This document shows, piece by piece, positions 60,755 to 64,000 of a stretch of DNA of 64,000 nt (the stretch's first letter is position 1; every line of letters begins with the position of its first letter). Position numbers and translations under genes: made by a program. Under the pieces are notes generated by a model that made no database searches, was not told where the DNA came from, and was given only the letters and a program-made list of their open reading frames with translations. The DNA comes from Clostridiales bacterium (lineage in GTDB: Bacteria > Bacillota > Clostridia > Monoglobales > WRBX01): contig JAISIR010000011.1 of assembly GCA_031261985.1 (NCBI GenBank), positions 19,472 to 83,471 on the forward strand. The letters run 5' to 3'.

Positions 60755-61711
60755 ATGGCGGTGATTATAATGAAGTTTAAATGGGCAGGAGCTTTATTTT
60801 TGTTAGTGTTTGTTTTGCTAATTATTTTAATTGCCAACAACCCTTTTGATTATAAAAAAACCGGGACAGCTATGGATACAATGTATAATATCACGGCGCA
60901 TGGATTAAATGCCGAACGCGCGGTTACTAAAGGTATCGATAAAATTACCGAGGTAGAGAATAGAATGTCGGCGACGATTTTGGATTCTGATATATATAAG
61001 CTTAACAATGGTGGGCAAACGTGGGGTAACCACGATACCATTAGAGTTATCAACAGAAGCAGGTATTTTAGTTGGCTATCGGGCGGGATATTTGATGCTA
61101 CGATTAAGCCGATAGTCGATTTATATGCTAATGATTCTAACCCAAAGGCGGCGGATATTGCCTTGGCTAGGGCTAAAGTGGATTATAAAAAACTGGTGGA
61201 GAATCAGCCGCTTAGTAATGGCATGCAGTTAGATTTAGGGGCGATAGCTAAGGGGTATGCAGTTGATGAAGTTGCTTTGATTTTGCGGCAAGAGGCTATG
61301 ACTAATTACATAATAGATATTGGTGGCAATGTATCGGTTTATGGCAAGAAGTATAAAGTAGGGATACGTGACCCGTTTGGCGATGCGGATGATACTTTTG
61401 CGACGATAACGGCGAGTAATGCTAATATTGCGACGAGTGGTAAGTACGAACGTGGCGAGCATATATATGATACAAAGACGGGGCTGCCGATAGATAATAA
61501 TGTGGCAAGTGCTACCGTTATGGCGGGTTCGGCGATGGATGCTGATGCGATGTCTACTATTCTTTATATAATGGGGGAGAATGGGCTTAAATTAGTGGAA
61601 CAGCAGAATGCAAAGGGGATACTTGTGTTAGATGATGGGACGGTTGTGCTTACATCTAATATGAAGCCGGAAGAGATAAAGATAAGTAATAATAAGTTTA
61701 AGTTGAGGTAA
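60755..61711 (+). CDS. apbE: FAD:protein FMN transferase (ApbE family)
   Basis: MDTMYNITA, FDATIKPIVDLY and LDLGAIAKGYAVDE. An alternative start exists at ATG 60770. Confidence 0.88.
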   Translation: MAVIIMKFKWAGALFLLVFVLLIILIANNPFDYKKTGTAMDTMYNITAHGLNAERAVTKGIDKITEVENRMSATILDSDIYKLNNGGQTWGNHDTIRVINRSRYFSWLSGGIFDATIKPIVDLYANDSNPKAADIALARAKVDYKKLVENQPLSNGMQLDLGAIAKGYAVDEVALILRQEAMTNYIIDIGGNVSVYGKKYKVGIRDPFGDADDTFATITASNANIATSGKYERGEHIYDTKTGLPIDNNVASATVMAGSAMDADAMSTILYIMGENGLKLVEQQNAKGILVLDDGTVVLTSNMKPEEIKISNNKFKLR

Positions 61712-61748
61712 GAGTGTTGAAGATTAACAATTTAAGGGTGGTATTATT

Positions 61749-62669
61749 TTGCATTATCAAGTGGCAATAATAGGTGCGGGGGCGGCAGGGCTTTCGGCTA
61801 GTATATATGCGCGGCGAGCAGGTTTAAGCGTTGCAATTTTTGAGAAGATTATGCCAGGCGGGCAAGCGGCAACGACACCGGATATTGACAATTACATCGG
61901 ATTCCCTGATGAAATTAGTGGTATGGAACTTATGGAGAGATTTTATAATCATGCTATGAAATTTGAGCCAGAGCTAATTTACGAAGAAATCTGCTCGATA
62001 GATTTTGATGCTGTGCCTAAAAAAATCTGCACCGATAATAAAGAGTACACAGCCGATAGTATTATTATTGCATCGGGGGCGACACCGCGTGAGCTTGGGG
62101 TAGAGGGCGAGAGGCGGTTGCGTGGGCGTGGGGTAAGTTATTGTGCCACTTGCGATGGTATGTTTTTTAAAGGTAAAAATGTTGCGGTAATAGGTGGGGG
62201 GAACACCGCCGCGGAGGATGCTTTGTACCTGGTTAATCTATGCGAGAAAGTATATATAGTGCATCGTCGTGATGAGTTAAGGGCGGATAAAAGCTTGGTG
62301 GCGCGCGTACTAGATTGTGTTAAAATCCAGCCGGTGTGGAATGCTAAAGTGTCGGAGATAGTTGGGCAGGATAGTGTTGAGGGGATAGTGCTAGACACAG
62401 GCGAGAAGCTAGATGTAAGCGGTGTATTTGTTGCCGTGGGGGTAACGCCTAGTAATTGCTTGGTGCGTAATGTGCTTGAGCTAGATGGCGGCGGTTTTAT
62501 TATAACAGATGAGAAGATGCAGACGAGTGTGCCGGGTGTGTTTGCGTGCGGGGATGTGAGGAATACTCCTTTGCGACAAGTTATAACGGCGGCAAGTGAT
62601 GGGGCTGTGGCGGCAAGCGCTGCGAGTGAATATGTTAGGGATAATGTGGAAAAACAAGTGTCTGAATGA
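61749..62669 (+). CDS. trxB: Thioredoxin-disulfide reductase
   Basis: FAD motif IIGAGAAG, redox motif CATCDG and NADPH motif GGGNTAAEDA. TTG start with an AAGGGTGG SD. Confidence 0.93.
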   Translation: MHYQVAIIGAGAAGLSASIYARRAGLSVAIFEKIMPGGQAATTPDIDNYIGFPDEISGMELMERFYNHAMKFEPELIYEEICSIDFDAVPKKICTDNKEYTADSIIIASGATPRELGVEGERRLRGRGVSYCATCDGMFFKGKNVAVIGGGNTAAEDALYLVNLCEKVYIVHRRDELRADKSLVARVLDCVKIQPVWNAKVSEIVGQDSVEGIVLDTGEKLDVSGVFVAVGVTPSNCLVRNVLELDGGGFIITDEKMQTSVPGVFACGDVRNTPLRQVITAASDGAVAASAASEYVRDNVEKQVSE

Positions 62670-62718
62670 TATGTAGCACTTTAATTATAAATACTTGTAC
62701 TAAAAGAGGGATTTGCAC

Positions 62719-63807
62719 ATGCTTATTATAAACGCACACATACTTCCGATTAATCAACAAGAGATTAAGCGTGGGTTCATATTTTTTGACCAAGGGAAGA
62801 TAATTGCTCTTGGGGATATGAAAGATGCGCCTAAGTGGCAGAAGGTGTACGATGCCAAGGGGCAATATGCTTTGCCAGGGTTTATCGATGCGCACACGCA
62901 TTTAGGGTTGTTCCGTGCCGATGGAGATAACGAGGCGGGCGAGGATGCGCTTTCGATTGCTCCGCACTTGCGTGCGATAGATAGTGTCGATTTTAGTGAC
63001 CCTTACTTTAGGACTGCTCTGAAAAATGGGGTGACTTCGGCTGCGATTAGTCCAGCGAGTGTTAGTGTATTTGGCGGTCAGATTGCAATGGTTAAGACGA
63101 GTGGCGAAGTAATGAGCGAGAATATAGGTGTAAAGGTTGCGTTGGGGGATAATCCTAAACATAAAAATGGTACGCCATCGACTAGAATGGCGGTGGTGGC
63201 GTTGATTCGCGAGGCTTTGGCTAAGGCGAAGAAGTATGCGACCAAGCGGAATAAAGATGTTGATTTAGCTAGCGATGCGTTGCTTGATATTATTAATAGG
63301 AAGAAACCGCTATATGTACATTGCCATACCCAGGGCGATATTCGTGCAATTTTTCGTGTAGCAGATGAGTTTAACATTGATATAAAGCTGATTCATGCGA
63401 CGGATTCTAGTGATATGGCATCAGAGATAAAAGAGCGTGGGGTAGACGTAATTTGTGGGCCGCAATTATGTCATAAGAATAAGCTTGAGTTAGCGGGGCA
63501 TGACCCAGCGTTGGCGGCGTACCTTACAGTTAATGGTGTTAAGTGTGCGATAACGACCGACCACCCCGAGACGACGGCGGAGAATTTAGCGTTATGTGCC
63601 AGCCTTGCCATGCGTGATGGATTGGCGCCGCTTGATGCGTTATGTTCTATAACTATCAACGCGGCAGAGGTATGTGGCGTGGCGGATAGGGTAGGGAGTA
63701 TTGAGCCGGATAAGGACGCGGATATTTTATTATTCGATAAGTTCCCGCTAGAGATTTGTGCTAGGCCGACGGCGGTGTTTGTTGGCGGGAAGATGTTGAA
63801 AAGATAA
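62719..63807 (+). CDS. Amidohydrolase-family metal-dependent hydrolase
   Basis: GFIDAHTHLG metal-binding motif and the C-terminal aspartate region TTDHPE. The ATG at 62719 is preferred (AAAGAGGG SD 8 nt upstream) over the TTG at 62713. Confidence 0.85.
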   Translation: MLIINAHILPINQQEIKRGFIFFDQGKIIALGDMKDAPKWQKVYDAKGQYALPGFIDAHTHLGLFRADGDNEAGEDALSIAPHLRAIDSVDFSDPYFRTALKNGVTSAAISPASVSVFGGQIAMVKTSGEVMSENIGVKVALGDNPKHKNGTPSTRMAVVALIREALAKAKKYATKRNKDVDLASDALLDIINRKKPLYVHCHTQGDIRAIFRVADEFNIDIKLIHATDSSDMASEIKERGVDVICGPQLCHKNKLELAGHDPALAAYLTVNGVKCAITTDHPETTAENLALCASLAMRDGLAPLDALCSITINAAEVCGVADRVGSIEPDKDADILLFDKFPLEICARPTAVFVGGKMLKR

Positions 63808-63854
63808 GGCGAAAATGTGAGTAATACATTTTTAATTTATAACCCTTTGCAGGA

Positions 63855-64000
63855 AAATGTCAGGGCTGAAATGAACTACGCTACGCGTCGACCTTGACAC
63901 TCGTCGCAACAGCTTCACGTAGCTCGTTTTTGCTAAAAGCGCAAAAACATCGCTCGTGTTTTGCGTTGCTCCTCTTATCCCACAAAACGAAAAGCGCGTT
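63855..64000 (+). repeat. Repeat family A, copy 3 (cut by the window edge), preceded by a gtcaRggctg...ccttgac hairpin module
   Basis: 63900-64000, ctcgtcgcaacagcttcacgtagctcgtttttgctaaaagcgcaaaaac...gcgttgctcctcttatcccacaaaacg, matches copy 1. 63855-63899 resembles the centre of the palindrome at 19795-19838. Confidence 0.8.

Noticed and set aside
62635-63659. Minus-strand ORFs opposite the amidohydrolase gene (62635..62901, 62902..63162, 63078..63377 and 63471..63659).
   Set aside because: The + strand ORF has the DAHTHLG metal-binding signature and an SD. The minus-strand ORFs are shadows.

Overview
This 64-kb window comes from a low-GC, spore-forming Bacillota (Clostridia-like) chromosome. 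The evidence is PolC-type DNA polymerase, hprK, sleB-ypeB, SLH domains and many TTG starts. No searches could be run, so every domain and family call is manual motif recognition and needs HMM or structure confirmation. Left part (1-27.2 kb): an accessory cell-envelope island. (a) Four consecutive giant genes on the + strand (at least 1962, 1353, 1023 and 1857 aa) each carry one cohesin-like module. Three end in a shared beta-sandwich plus dockerin-like cassette; the fourth ends in a poly-Gly/Pro-Thr linker and three SLH repeats. No recognisable enzyme or CBM is present, so this looks like an enzyme-free, cellulosome-style surface assembly. (b) A possible lipoprotein gene has a consensus promoter whose spacer is an (AT)9 tract. 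(c) A five-gene minus-strand operon resembles a minimal tapA-sipW-tasA fibre system: two 169-aa TasA/camelysin-like subunits, a 253-aa TasA-like accessory protein, a SipW/Sec11-type signal peptidase fused to a roughly 8-TM domain, and a bitopic 362-aa protein. A polytopic membrane protein gene is transcribed divergently from it. Right part (27.3-64 kb): housekeeping genes, namely ypeB-sleB, a DUF975-like gene, tRNA-Arg(CCG), a DUF4097-like gene, a SpoVK-like AAA+ gene, lon, purD, rapZ, murB, hprK, polC, an OmpR-type regulator, a LysM/M23 peptidase, an S1-domain protein, divIC/ftsB, pnp, rpsO, ppdK, a queG-like gene, mtaB, glmS, glmM, an LCP gene, apbE, trxB and an amidohydrolase. The main oddities there are three. 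PolC lacks the proofreading exonuclease insertion and starts with a Gly/Tyr/Asn-rich low-complexity region. A GTGAAGT/ACTTCAC heptamer array sits directly after the tRNA. Several families of dispersed, hairpin-rich intergenic repeats occur across the window.
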